This document shows positions 19,230 to 29,247 of a DNA stretch of 64,000 bases, in pieces (position 1 is the stretch's first letter; each line of letters opens with the position of its first letter). Source of the DNA: an uncultured Acidobacteriota bacterium (lineage in GTDB: Bacteria; Acidobacteriota; Thermoanaerobaculia; Multivoradales; UBA5704); the NCBI GenBank assembly GCA_963770895.1, contig CAVYRF010000001.1, forward strand, positions 2,080,001 through 2,144,000. Reading direction: 5' to 3'. The translations under genes and the position numbers were made by a program. Under the pieces are notes generated by a model. The model made no database searches and was not told where the DNA came from. It worked only from the letters and a program-made list of their open reading frames with translations.

Positions 19230-21164
19230 TCAGCCGCCGCAGGTGAGCCGCGACGCGCCGGCAACCTCCACCTTCTGTCTCTGCTCCACCTGTCCCCCTG
19301 GTCCGCGCGCCGTCAGGGTATAGGTGATGCTCGACAGGATCTGCGGCGCCAAGCGATAGCCGGAGTCAGGCTCCACCTCGCCGTATCCCGGCTCGATCGA
19401 TACCGACGTCGCCCCCTTGACGGTCCAGCTCAGCTTCGTCATGCCGCACTGCTGCACGAACCGCGGGTACACATCGAAAGCCTGGATCTCCGGCGGTGGT
19501 GGCGGCGGAATCGCCGCCACCGGCCGAACGGGCGGTTCCACCCTGGACCGCGACGGCAAGCTTTCGCTCTCGGCCTGCGACGGAGCGCGCACGGACCGCG
19601 CGCTCACCGGATCGCTTTTCGCCGCGTGCGGCTCTGGCGCCAGGGGCGCACGCCGTGGCTCGCTCCGCTCGGGCGTCGCGGCCGTCGCGCCCGCCTTCGC
19701 CGGCTCTGGTGCAGCGCGCGACGGCGCTATCGCCGCGCCGATGCTCGCTGGCGCCGGCGCCGCCGGCAGCGCAGCCGGCTGCTGCAGGGGACCGCCGCGC
19801 GTCCGCTGCATGCCGAACCAGACGCCGAACCCGGCCACGGCCACGAGACCTGCGATACCCATCCAGCGCAGCAGCGCGCCCAGACCGCGACGCGCCGGGC
19901 GCAGTCCCAGCTCGGCGAGAAAAGCATCGAGCTGCGTTTCTACAACGCTGCGCGGCAGGCCGAACTCTTCGCCCAGCCGCACGTAGTGCCGCACCATCTC
20001 GATGGTGTAGGTGCCGTTCTTGCCGTCCTTTTCGGCCGCCATCCGCACCGACTTCAGCCAGGTCGTGCGGCGGGCTCGGCCATCCTTGAGACCAGCCTGG
20101 GCCAGGACCGCCGTGACCTCGCTCTCCGCCGCCTGTTCGCTCATGCCGTAGCGGCCGAGCAGCCGCTCCGCCGTGCGGCAGGCGCTGGGCCGCACGACGC
20201 GCAGCTCAGCGCCGCTTCCAGCCTCCGCTCCCGGTGCGGCGTCGCTTGCATAGGTTCCCGCCAGCAGCAGCTCTTTCACCTGCCGCCGCGCCCCCTCCAG
20301 CCGGGTCCCCGACAGCGACTGCAAAGCCACCGTGATCAGCCGGCCGGCCGGCCCGGCATCGCCCGCAGCGGGGCCGGCTTCCGCAGCCAGCCGCGCTTCG
20401 TCCTCCGGTCGCAGCACCCGATCTCCGCCGCGCCACGCGAAGAGATCGGCAAGCCGCGCCTCGATCCGCTCGAGCTGCTGCATGCCATCCGGCCGCGGCG
20501 CCCGCTCACGCCGTGCCGCGGGCAGCCGGGCCAGGAGGTCGCCGGCCCGCCGCGCCAGGTCGGCCTCGGAGCTCCCCTCGCCGCGTTCTAGAAACTGCTC
20601 GATCCAGTCGCGGCACCGCGCCACCGCCTCCTGCGCCGCGGACGGCGCCGTCCATGCGTCGGGGCCTTGCGCCAGCAGCGTGACCATGCGCAGCGCGCTG
20701 AGCAGGTCCCAGTCGCCCGCCGTCCAACCTTCGAAGATCGCCGGCGCCCAGAGCCAGATGCCGTAGTCGACGGCGCCGCGCTCCGGCTCGCCCGAGCCGA
20801 GGCGCGCTCGATTGCCCACCCAATCGAGCAACAACGGCGCACCGCCGACGTGGCACACATTGCGCGGATGCAGGGCGCCATGGGCCTTACCGCCGAGAGC
20901 GGCGATGATTTTCGGCAACAGATCAAAGGAGAACTCGATGCGGTCTCCGGCCGCCGCATCGCGAAAGATGTCCAGGTAGCTGATGCCAAGCTCCGTGCTA
21001 TCGAAGAATCGGCGAGTGACGGTCAGCACGTCCCGCTCCTGGGTGTAGCCGGCCACGACACCGGAGCGCCGCGCCGCGCGTAGCTCGGCCTCCAAGGTCA
21101 CGTCGAGCTTGATGCCGCGGAAGCTGCGCCGGCGCAGGCCGGACTGGGCGTCACTCGGGGCCAC
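19230..21164 (-). CDS. Membrane-anchored kinase-like (probable pseudokinase) protein with Pro-rich linker and C-terminal Ig-like domain
   Basis: HGALHPRNV catalytic-loop-like motif, LLDW, DLLSAL. TM segment WMGIAGLVAVAGFGVWFG. C-terminal Ig-like LSWTVKGATSVSIEPG...YTLTARGPGG. Confidence 0.6.
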   Translation of the reverse strand: MAPSDAQSGLRRRSFRGIKLDVTLEAELRAARRSGVVAGYTQERDVLTVTRRFFDSTELGISYLDIFRDAAAGDRIEFSFDLLPKIIAALGGKAHGALHPRNVCHVGGAPLLLDWVGNRARLGSGEPERGAVDYGIWLWAPAIFEGWTAGDWDLLSALRMVTLLAQGPDAWTAPSAAQEAVARCRDWIEQFLERGEGSSEADLARRAGDLLARLPAARRERAPRPDGMQQLERIEARLADLFAWRGGDRVLRPEDEARLAAEAGPAAGDAGPAGRLITVALQSLSGTRLEGARRQVKELLLAGTYASDAAPGAEAGSGAELRVVRPSACRTAERLLGRYGMSEQAAESEVTAVLAQAGLKDGRARRTTWLKSVRMAAEKDGKNGTYTIEMVRHYVRLGEEFGLPRSVVETQLDAFLAELGLRPARRGLGALLRWMGIAGLVAVAGFGVWFGMQRTRGGPLQQPAALPAAPAPASIGAAIAPSRAAPEPAKAGATAATPERSEPRRAPLAPEPHAAKSDPVSARSVRAPSQAESESLPSRSRVEPPVRPVAAIPPPPPPEIQAFDVYPRFVQQCGMTKLSWTVKGATSVSIEPGYGEVEPDSGYRLAPQILSSITYTLTARGPGGQVEQRQKVEVAGASRLTCGG

Positions 21165-21170
21165 GACGCA

Positions 21171-24100
21171 TCAGGCCAGCGGCGGCGGCTCGTCCGCCAC
21201 CAGGTCGGCGATCTCCGGCACTTCGAGAGCCCCCTTCCACTCCGCACCGAATGCCTTTTGCCACACCTTGTGATGGCGCTGCGGAGCCTGGGCGATGCGC
21301 GCCGCGATCTCTTGCGCCGTCAGCTTGCCCAGGCTCTGATCGTCGCACGCGTAGTGAAAGAGCGGCACGGCAGGCGGTTCGGCCGGAGCGGCGGCAGAAG
21401 GAGCGCTGGCAGCGGCGGCTGCCGCAGCTGGCGCCGCGATAGGCGGCGGGGGAGCGCCCAGGAGAGCTGCGATCTCAGGCACCTCGGATGCCTCGCGCCA
21501 GTTGTCCATGTCTTGGGAGAAGACCCGATGGCTGCCCAGCGGGTGGCGTGCCGCCCGCTCCGCCACCTCGGCTGCCTTGAGCCCGGACTCCTGCGTCCCG
21601 TCGGCGCCGGCATAGAACCAGGTTTTCTCGCCCGGCGGCGGCGGCGGGGCGCCCACCGTCGCCTCGGCAAGGCGGTCGAAGAAGTCCCAATCGATCCCCA
21701 GGTGCGGGAAGCTGAGCACCGTCGTCCCCAGGACATCGCGCGTCGCCGGCAGGGTACCCTTGGCAACGAACGCCTCTGTCGCCTTGCGCGCCAGGCTGAG
21801 CAGGCTCCAGTCCTCGATGCGATCGGCATCGGGCAACGCCGCCGTGCTCGGTACCGGTTGGCCGATGTCGCGGTAGATCGGCTTGCTCCATTCCGCCAAC
21901 GACTGCATCAGGCGCTCGACGTCTTGCTCGATGTCCGCCACAGCGCCCCCGCCCAGCGCCTGCTGCTCCCGCCACTCCCGGCGCAGCTCGTCGCTGACCA
22001 GGTTCTGCATCGAGCCCAGCGCGGCGATCGGGCTCTGCCCTTCGCCGGGCGGGCGGCGCACCGGGAAGACGCAGTAGAAATAGTAGTCGGCGAGGGCCGC
22101 CAGATAGGTGAAGCTCTGCCGGCTGAGCGTCCGCAAGCGCTGCCGTTCGCTTTCCGCATCGTTTTGCAGCCGCGAGCGCAGCGGCGCATCGACCATCAAG
22201 CGTTCGACGGCGCGCCCCTCGGAGCCCAGGTCCGTCCACTGCACGTTGACCCGCGTCGTGCGATGCCGCCACTGGAAGACCAGGCGTTGATCGTCGCCGG
22301 CGCGCAGGCGGAGGCTGCGTACGAGGCCGAGGATCTGCACCTCGATGAACAGCTTCCAGACCACGCGGAAGGTCGCCAGCTGCCCCAGGTTGAGCGGCAT
22401 CAGCGTCTGGAACTGATGGTAGTCCTGGTGGATATGCAGCGGCGTGATGGTCCGCGGATCGCGCAGCAGCGCATCGTAGTGGCGATTCAAGCTGGAGATC
22501 TCGCTCAGGTAGTAGGCGGGGAACGCCGTCAGCTCCGAATAGAAGATGATCTCCGAAGGATCGAGCGCTCGCACCTCGCGCGGCGCGAACTGATCGGGCG
22601 CGATCTTCTTGAGGCTGGCCATCATATTGTTGGCAACCGGCTCGAATCCGTCGGCGATAAGGCCCACGAAGACGTCGCCCTTGGGCGCCGGCGGGAAGAC
22701 GACGGCCTCGACGTTGTTTCTTTGCGCCCACGGCAGCCCTTTGCGGAACAGCTGCTCGAAGAGCTCTTGCTTTTGGCCTTCGTTGTAGCCGTCCTTGAGC
22801 AGGCGGAAGATCGAATACTGCTCGATGAAGCCCTGTTTCGTCTCACCGTCTTTGTCGCTGAAGGCGGCGGTGCTGCCGTTTTCGCCGCGCAGCGCATAGA
22901 ACGCCTGTGCCGCAAGGTTGTCGCGGAAGCTCTCATACGCGCCGAAGAGTTTGCTGCCGATCTGCTCCAGGGTGGTCAGACCCATTTCGATCAGCCCGCG
23001 GTCGAGCAGCCGCTGCAGCCGCTCGCGGCGCTCTTCGGGCTGGCGCCCGAGGTACGGTTCGAGCAGGTCGCCCAGGTCGGCCTGCGCCGCCACTTCGAGC
23101 ACGATGTACGAACGCTGCGGCGTCTCGTAGAAACGCGCCAGGTTGCCGTACTCGGTCTCCAGGGCGACCATGCGCTCGGAGATGCGCTCCAGGGCGCTCA
23201 GCTGCTCCTGCAGCGACCTGGCGATCGCCGCCAGCGCCTCGGGTGCCTGGGCGGCGATATATTCGTTCGCCCGCGCGCGCCAGGTCTCGGCCAGCGCTTC
23301 TCCGGCCAGCTGCACCGCTGCACGGTGGTTGCCGGCGCTGGCACCGAGCCCCTGCGATGCCTGGTGCGCCGTCTGCAGACGCTTCTTCCACAACGCCTCG
23401 GCGGTCTCGACCCGTTTTTGCAGCGTCGGTCGCTGCTGCCGGAACCAGTCGGCATAGCGCGCCTGCGTGGCATCGCGACCGAGCAGCTCGATGCACTCGC
23501 GCAGCAGCGCCATGACCCCCGACAGGCCGACCGCCGGCAGCCGGCGATAGTTCTCGATCACCTCCGGCAGGCGCTGGTGAACCTCGCGCGCCAGCGCCTT
23601 GCGGTTCTCGAAGATCTGCTTCGGCCAATCGCCTTCGCGACCGGCGGCATAGGGGTCGCCCCACAGGCGGACCAGCTTGCCCCACAGCTCGTTGCCCATC
23701 TCGACGGTGTTCTTCTCGCTGTACATGCTCTCCGCGAGACCGCCCAGCTCGTCCTGAAAGCGTTGGATATGCTCGTAGACCGAGCTCACACCGTTGGCCG
23801 CCTGCACCTGCCGGGCCAGCCGATCGCGCACCTGGGCGAAGTTCTGCCGTCCCTGATCGGTCAGCCGTTCGCCTTGCAAGATTCCACAATCGAACAGGAA
23901 GCGGTCACGGTGCAGGTTCAGGATGTCCGCCAGCCGCGCGATCCGCCCCGGATCCATGAGCGTCACCATTTCGGCCGCCAGCAGGTACTTGGCGCGGTTG
24001 ATCAGGCGCCACGACGGGAACACCAGCTTGCTCAGCCCGGCGCTCGAAAAGGCGCTGCGCCACTGCTCGGCGTGCGTCTCGTGGGTGCTGCCGTCGGGGC

Positions 24101-25166
24101 GCAGCAGCCGGTAGCTGTTGGTGACGGCGCTGCGCAGGTACTGTTCACGATTCACCCGCACACCCTGGATCCAGCCGGCCATCTCGCCGGCGCCAAAGTC
24201 GAGAAACAGGATCTCGCCGATCGCCAGATAGCAGTCGCTCAGCGAGTCGAGCTGCTGGCCGGTCGCATTGGTGCCCGAGAACAGCACGTAGCGGTTATAG
24301 AGGCCGCGAAACTCCGTCGGCAGCGTGGTCGGCTCCCACCGCACCGTGAAGGGGTGGCTCAGATAGTGGTTGATCTCCTTGAGCGCGGCAAAACCGTTGG
24401 CCGCGACCTTGGGGTACGCCCCAGCCTGCTCGACGGTGCTGAAGCCGCCGGGCAGCACCAGATAGGCTTCGAGGCTCGGCCGCTCGTAATGGCCGAGCTG
24501 CTGCTGCAGCAGACCCGCCAGGTCCAGGAAGATCCCCGAGCCGGTGCCGCCGGCGATGCCGGCGACCACCACCACCCGCACGCTGCCGCTGGTGTCGACC
24601 CGGTTGCTGCTGACGCGGTTCGAGGACACCTTGCGGTAGGCGCGCGCGATCCCCTCTTCGATCTCGCCGTGGTTGCCGAACAGCGCCAGCCGGGCGAGCT
24701 GGCGGATCTGACCGGCGCCGTTCTCGATATTGAACTCCTGGCTGGGCAGCGCGGCCTCGTCCCACCAGTCGCGAATCTCCGGATGATGAATGATATTGGG
24801 TCCGACCATCCCCTTGAAGTCGACCTTCAAGTTGATCCGTTCTTCGCGTGCGAAGCCGATCAGCGCCTCGAGCGGGTTCTGCTTCTGCTCCTCGGGGGAG
24901 GGCTGCTGCGAGTGGATATCCGTGTCGATCGAGAGGAAGGCGATGCCATCGAGGTGATCGAGCGCACCGTAGCGCTCGATGATCAGCCGGCGCAGGTGCA
25001 TGAGGGCTTTCGCCCCGGTGCCACCAAGGCCGATGAAGATGGTGCGCGAATAGATGCCGCCCTTGCGGCTCCGCGCCTCGGCCTCCAGGCGGCTGACATA
25101 GGACGCGTCGTCGGCCTCGCTCACCGCACCGATCACGCTCGGCGCCAGAGTGGTACTTTCAGCCAT
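21171..25166 (-). CDS. Tubulin/FtsZ-like (Tubulin_2) GTPase with long helical region and two C-terminal GYF_2-like domains
   Basis: IFIGLGGTG, SIDTD, GAGQIRQLARL, GIAGGTGSG signature. C-terminal WFYAG...VFSQDMDNWREASEVPEI and FHYA...VWQKAFGAEWKGALEVPEI. Confidence 0.85.
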   Translation of the reverse strand: MAESTTLAPSVIGAVSEADDASYVSRLEAEARSRKGGIYSRTIFIGLGGTGAKALMHLRRLIIERYGALDHLDGIAFLSIDTDIHSQQPSPEEQKQNPLEALIGFAREERINLKVDFKGMVGPNIIHHPEIRDWWDEAALPSQEFNIENGAGQIRQLARLALFGNHGEIEEGIARAYRKVSSNRVSSNRVDTSGSVRVVVVAGIAGGTGSGIFLDLAGLLQQQLGHYERPSLEAYLVLPGGFSTVEQAGAYPKVAANGFAALKEINHYLSHPFTVRWEPTTLPTEFRGLYNRYVLFSGTNATGQQLDSLSDCYLAIGEILFLDFGAGEMAGWIQGVRVNREQYLRSAVTNSYRLLRPDGSTHETHAEQWRSAFSSAGLSKLVFPSWRLINRAKYLLAAEMVTLMDPGRIARLADILNLHRDRFLFDCGILQGERLTDQGRQNFAQVRDRLARQVQAANGVSSVYEHIQRFQDELGGLAESMYSEKNTVEMGNELWGKLVRLWGDPYAAGREGDWPKQIFENRKALAREVHQRLPEVIENYRRLPAVGLSGVMALLRECIELLGRDATQARYADWFRQQRPTLQKRVETAEALWKKRLQTAHQASQGLGASAGNHRAAVQLAGEALAETWRARANEYIAAQAPEALAAIARSLQEQLSALERISERMVALETEYGNLARFYETPQRSYIVLEVAAQADLGDLLEPYLGRQPEERRERLQRLLDRGLIEMGLTTLEQIGSKLFGAYESFRDNLAAQAFYALRGENGSTAAFSDKDGETKQGFIEQYSIFRLLKDGYNEGQKQELFEQLFRKGLPWAQRNNVEAVVFPPAPKGDVFVGLIADGFEPVANNMMASLKKIAPDQFAPREVRALDPSEIIFYSELTAFPAYYLSEISSLNRHYDALLRDPRTITPLHIHQDYHQFQTLMPLNLGQLATFRVVWKLFIEVQILGLVRSLRLRAGDDQRLVFQWRHRTTRVNVQWTDLGSEGRAVERLMVDAPLRSRLQNDAESERQRLRTLSRQSFTYLAALADYYFYCVFPVRRPPGEGQSPIAALGSMQNLVSDELRREWREQQALGGGAVADIEQDVERLMQSLAEWSKPIYRDIGQPVPSTAALPDADRIEDWSLLSLARKATEAFVAKGTLPATRDVLGTTVLSFPHLGIDWDFFDRLAEATVGAPPPPPGEKTWFYAGADGTQESGLKAAEVAERAARHPLGSHRVFSQDMDNWREASEVPEIAALLGAPPPPIAAPAAAAAAASAPSAAAPAEPPAVPLFHYACDDQSLGKLTAQEIAARIAQAPQRHHKVWQKAFGAEWKGALEVPEIADLVADEPPPLA

Positions 25167-25193
25167 GGTGCTCTCCTTGCGAAAATATGGGCG

Positions 25194-25532
25194 TCAATCC
25201 CTGCTTGCGACCACCCAGGTATAGAGACCGTCCACCAACACCACCACCGCCATCGCCGCCAGCCAGATCAGGAAACGCGGGTGCAGGCAGCCGTTGGTCA
25301 GATAGCCGGTGGCCAGCATTGCCGCCAAGGCCAGCGCCAGGCTGCCGAAGATGCCGACCTGCCGTCCCAGCACGGCGCTCTTGTCACGGTTGATGTACGA
25401 GCGCTCCACCACCCGCACCAGGGTGAAGAACAGGAGCACGAACACCGCCAGTGTGATCGCCACGATCAGGATCCAGTCCTGGGTCGAAGGCGGGCGGCAG
25501 AGAGCCAGACCTCCAAAGGTCGGCAGCTGCAT
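25194..25532 (-). CDS. Small membrane protein (about 3 TM helices)
   Basis: ATG 25532 after GGAGG; MQLPTFGG...WILIVAITLAVFVLLFF, then two further hydrophobic stretches. Lies between the vWA and tubulin genes. Confidence 0.7.
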   Translation of the reverse strand: MQLPTFGGLALCRPPSTQDWILIVAITLAVFVLLFFTLVRVVERSYINRDKSAVLGRQVGIFGSLALALAAMLATGYLTNGCLHPRFLIWLAAMAVVVLVDGLYTWVVASRD

Positions 25533-25600
25533 GGGAACCTCCCTTTCTTTCCGTTCACTCGCTTCGTTGACCGTGCCAATCCGCGGCCCGGTGAGCGCTG

Positions 25601-27631
25601 CTACCAATTGTCCAGCCGGCCGCCCAGACGCGGGTCGTGAAGCGGCGCCCAGCCGCGCCGGACCTCGATCCGGCGGTCCTCGGTCTCGCCCGGCAGAGCC
25701 GCCATCCAAGCCCCGCCCTCGCGCCGCAAGCGCGTGCCGCCGCGCCCCACCAGCCGGTACCCGGCACCCCAGCCGCGGCGCAGCCGGGCGCGCACCGCAC
25801 CGGCGACTTCGACATTCTGGCCGCTGCATCGCGACAGGCTGAGGCGCGCTGTCTCCAGACCGTCGACACTGACGGTGAACTGCTTTTTCTGGAATCGCAG
25901 GACGATCAGCGTCACCAACGCGGCCAGCGTGCCGCCGCCCAGCACCGACAGCAGCGCCAGCAGCTGGCCGTCGTTTGCCACCTCGGCGGCGATGGGGAAG
26001 CTGGCCTCGGCGGAGCTCGCCTGGCGATGGAGGAAGATCTCCGGCAGCTGCGCCGCACCGTAGACGCTTTCGAAGCCGTGGATGTCGATCGCCAGCCGGG
26101 TCGCCACGTCGTGGATCGCCGCGCGGATCGTGCCCTGGAGAAGAATGCGGTTGGTGAACGCCACGGTGAAGAGCGTCGGACGTATCGTCGTATCGACATC
26201 GACCGCGGGCAGCTGGAACTCGACGTCGAGGTCGCTCTCCGCAAGAGGCGCCAGCGGTCCGACGCGGATCGGCTCGTCGCCGGGGTGCCGGCTGCCGCCG
26301 TGGATTGCCCAGCCGCTGACCGTCATGGTGTCCGGGCAGATCGGTGATGCCCAGGGCACCGTCGGACCCGCGGGCGCCGCGGCCGGCAGCAGGAGCTCGT
26401 TGCTCAGCTGCAGCGTCGCCGCCTCCACCGTCTGATGGCGCAGCACATTGCGGATGCGCAGCCGGGCGCGGCAGAGCACCGGCTTGCCGAACTCGGCACC
26501 GCTGTCGCATTCGACCGCCGGTTCGCCTTCATGGCCGGCCATGGTGATGGCCAGCACCTCGGCGTCGATCGGTTTGAGACGCAGCGGCACCCCTGCCAGG
26601 TCGGCGCGGCCGCCGGCGGCGATGCGGCCGCTGTTGCGCGCCGCCAGGTCGTGCAGGCCGCTGTTCCAGAGCCAGCCGTCCGCCGACGGTCCGCCGCCCT
26701 CGGGGGTGGTGCCGCCGAGGAGGTGGAACTCGCCGTGCGGCGGGCGTTCGAAGGGCGAGACGTAGAGGCCGTAGACGAACAGCGAGGTGCCGCACATCCA
26801 CGAGCAGGTGGCGGCCTGAAAGATCGGATAGGCCGAGATCATCTGCACCCGCGGCTCGCTGTCGAGCAGCTTGTAGAAGTCGGCGGTCAGGCGCGCGTCG
26901 CGATCGTCGAGCGGCGAGCCGCCGCTGCCCTTGTCGACGATGTTGTCGGTGACCAGCCAGAGGATCTCGTCGCCTTGCAACCCTTCGACCACCCGCCGCA
27001 GGGCGCTCGGCGTATCGGTTTCGTTGGGCGCGTCGGGATCGACCTTGTACGGGTTTTCCGGCAGCTGCCGCAGGCGCGCCGCGAGCAAGTCGACGCTGCC
27101 GCTGCCGAAGGTATGATCGAATGGCAGCCGTGCGCCGGCGGCGAACGGCTCCACGCCGGTCTCGCCGAGCCGCCAGAGCCGGCGGTTGAACAGCAGCAGC
27201 TCGAGATCGACCTGTTGCGTCGGCGGAATGGCCGCCGCCAGCCAGCGTGACAAGAACTGCTGGAATTCCGGCGACGCGACGTAGTAGGGCTGCCCGTTGC
27301 GTTGCGTGCGTCCGCCGATCGTACCGCCGGCGCAGACCTCGCACTGCTCGACTTTCGGCTTGCCGTAGCCGGGATACATGCTGCCCGAGAAATCGAGCAG
27401 CAGGACCATCTTGCGGTGCGCGCCGGGGCGCGCCGGAGCGGCTTTCCTGAGCACTCCACCGGCGCTCGGATCGACCACCGCGGCCTCGCCGGCGGCGCCG
27501 CGATCGTGCTTTGCCTCCGCCGGCCCGGCGGCACAGGTGCGCGTCATCGGATGACCGCAGCCGGCGAGGGCCAGGGCGCCGGCGACAGCCAGCCAGGCGC
27601 GCGCCGCGGTCGCTGCCGCCGGCGCGCTCAC
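25601..27631 (-). CDS. vWA-like lipoprotein with C-terminal TM helix and cytoplasmic tail
   Basis: Lipobox LAGC. MIDAS-like LLLDFSGSM...TDT...WLVTDN. TM LLALLSVLGGGTLAALVTLIVL followed by a ~90-aa beta-rich tail. Confidence 0.7.
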   Translation of the reverse strand: MSAPAAATAARAWLAVAGALALAGCGHPMTRTCAAGPAEAKHDRGAAGEAAVVDPSAGGVLRKAAPARPGAHRKMVLLLDFSGSMYPGYGKPKVEQCEVCAGGTIGGRTQRNGQPYYVASPEFQQFLSRWLAAAIPPTQQVDLELLLFNRRLWRLGETGVEPFAAGARLPFDHTFGSGSVDLLAARLRQLPENPYKVDPDAPNETDTPSALRRVVEGLQGDEILWLVTDNIVDKGSGGSPLDDRDARLTADFYKLLDSEPRVQMISAYPIFQAATCSWMCGTSLFVYGLYVSPFERPPHGEFHLLGGTTPEGGGPSADGWLWNSGLHDLAARNSGRIAAGGRADLAGVPLRLKPIDAEVLAITMAGHEGEPAVECDSGAEFGKPVLCRARLRIRNVLRHQTVEAATLQLSNELLLPAAAPAGPTVPWASPICPDTMTVSGWAIHGGSRHPGDEPIRVGPLAPLAESDLDVEFQLPAVDVDTTIRPTLFTVAFTNRILLQGTIRAAIHDVATRLAIDIHGFESVYGAAQLPEIFLHRQASSAEASFPIAAEVANDGQLLALLSVLGGGTLAALVTLIVLRFQKKQFTVSVDGLETARLSLSRCSGQNVEVAGAVRARLRRGWGAGYRLVGRGGTRLRREGGAWMAALPGETEDRRIEVRRGWAPLHDPRLGGRLDNW

Positions 27632-29247
27632 GGCGCCTCCGCCAGGTCGATGCGATAGCTCTTCACGCCGGGTCCGTAGCCGATGAAGATCTGCCGCCCG
27701 AAGACGGCCATCCCCTGGCGGCCCTGGTAGAGGCCCGGGACGGCGGCCTTCACCTGAAACGATTCGTCGTTCCAGCCGATGCCCTGCGAGTCGAGGCAGA
27801 GGCTGCCCTCGAGGCGCGAGATCACGCCGGCCGAGGTGATGATCGGCGCCTCGTGCGAGCCGGCCACTCCGCCCTCGCGCCCCATGGCGGGTGCGCGGCC
27901 GGCGGTCGCCAGATTGGCGCGGTCGAGCGACAGCACCAGACGGTCGGTCGCCAGCGCCGCCAGGCGGGCGGCCGCATTAGCGCGATGCGCCGGCCCGCGA
28001 CCGACGGCGAGCCCCACCACCTCGCCGACATTGGACAAGCCGCAGCTGTTCCACGACCAACCGCGGCCGGGAGCCGTGCGTAAGGGATCGAAGTGCACCT
28101 GATGGACATCGGCGTTGCCGCCGGCGCGGCGGTCCGCCAGCCACAGCTCGGAGCGCGTCTGCCCGCCCGCAACCACCGCCAAGGTCGGCCCCAGATCCAA
28201 CGTCAGGTGAAGAACGGGGTCAGGCAGCTGCACCGCGACCGGCAGCCGCGCGGCATCGCGGATCGCCGCGGCTTCGAGCATCGCCACGCCGCCGTGACGG
28301 TTCACCCAGACCAGCACGTCCAGGCGGCGGTCGAAGACCGGCGAGCGGGCAATGTCGGGAACCGCGCAGCTCGCCAGCTCTACCCCCAGCGGATCGAAGA
28401 AGCGCAAGCTGGCATCCGCCAGCACCCCCGGCTCGTCCGCCTCGCGCGCCTCGAGCAGGCAGAATCCCGGCCCCTCGGCCTGCTCGATGCCCAGCGGCGG
28501 CCCGAGGAACCGCGTGCCCGTGGTCGGCGCCACGCTCCGCGCGCTCCGTGCGGTGCCACCGCGCTGGGGAAAGAGGAACGGTGCAAGGTCGCGGAACTGC
28601 GCCTCGTGCGGTGCCACGACGACCATATGGGTGCCGCGGCACGCCGGCGGCTCGACCACGCTCCAATGGGGGTCCGGCGGTTCGAAGCGGCTCGCCTGCC
28701 ACTCCAAAGGGTGCGGCATCAGCGGCACGCCCTTGGCGATATCGAGCAGGGTGATCGAGCCGCGCGCGGTGACGGCGGCCAGCGCACCGCGCACCACCGA
28801 CACGGAGGTCACCTCGTCGTCTTCGTCGTTTCCCGGGCCCACCACCGCTCGTGCCTCCCAGACTTCCGTCAGGCGCAGCGTCCAGCGCGTACCCGGCATA
28901 CCGAAAACGGCCCCGCGCGAATCGCTCTGGCAGAAGCTGCGGCCCGGCTCGCCGCCGGCCTCGCACCAGTCGAGCAGCGAGTAGCCGTTCAGCTCCTGCC
29001 CGGTCTGCGCGCAAAAGGCGCTGTCCGGCCGCCGGTTGAGCTCCATCCTGGCGACGCCCGGCGCCGGCTGGAACGACACGGCCTCATAGGGACGGTTGCA
29101 GGTGGGGCACCAGGCGAGCACCGCCTCCATGGTCCAAGTCGCATCGACCGGCGCCGCGCAGTCCGGGTAGGGGCAGCGGCTGGGGGTGGAGAAGCGCTGG
29201 TTGGCGCGGTCCCATTCCGGGACAAAACCGGTGGCGATCATCGTCAA
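27628..29247 (-). CDS. Zn-ribbon + beta-propeller-like hypothetical protein
   Basis: CPYPDC...WCPTC and FCAQTG...WCEAGG Cys motifs, followed by repetitive beta-blade-like segments. ATGA coupling on both sides. Confidence 0.55.
   Translation of the reverse strand: MTMIATGFVPEWDRANQRFSTPSRCPYPDCAAPVDATWTMEAVLAWCPTCNRPYEAVSFQPAPGVARMELNRRPDSAFCAQTGQELNGYSLLDWCEAGGEPGRSFCQSDSRGAVFGMPGTRWTLRLTEVWEARAVVGPGNDEDDEVTSVSVVRGALAAVTARGSITLLDIAKGVPLMPHPLEWQASRFEPPDPHWSVVEPPACRGTHMVVVAPHEAQFRDLAPFLFPQRGGTARSARSVAPTTGTRFLGPPLGIEQAEGPGFCLLEAREADEPGVLADASLRFFDPLGVELASCAVPDIARSPVFDRRLDVLVWVNRHGGVAMLEAAAIRDAARLPVAVQLPDPVLHLTLDLGPTLAVVAGGQTRSELWLADRRAGGNADVHQVHFDPLRTAPGRGWSWNSCGLSNVGEVVGLAVGRGPAHRANAAARLAALATDRLVLSLDRANLATAGRAPAMGREGGVAGSHEAPIITSAGVISRLEGSLCLDSQGIGWNDESFQVKAAVPGLYQGRQGMAVFGRQIFIGYGPGVKSYRIDLAEAP

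Noticed and set aside
21258-25640. 1460-aa plus-strand ORF (likewise 6934..9903, 41749..45912, 41994..44984, 49826..52258)
   Set aside because: Antisense or off-frame shadows of motif-bearing genes, with low-complexity Arg/Gly/Ala composition.
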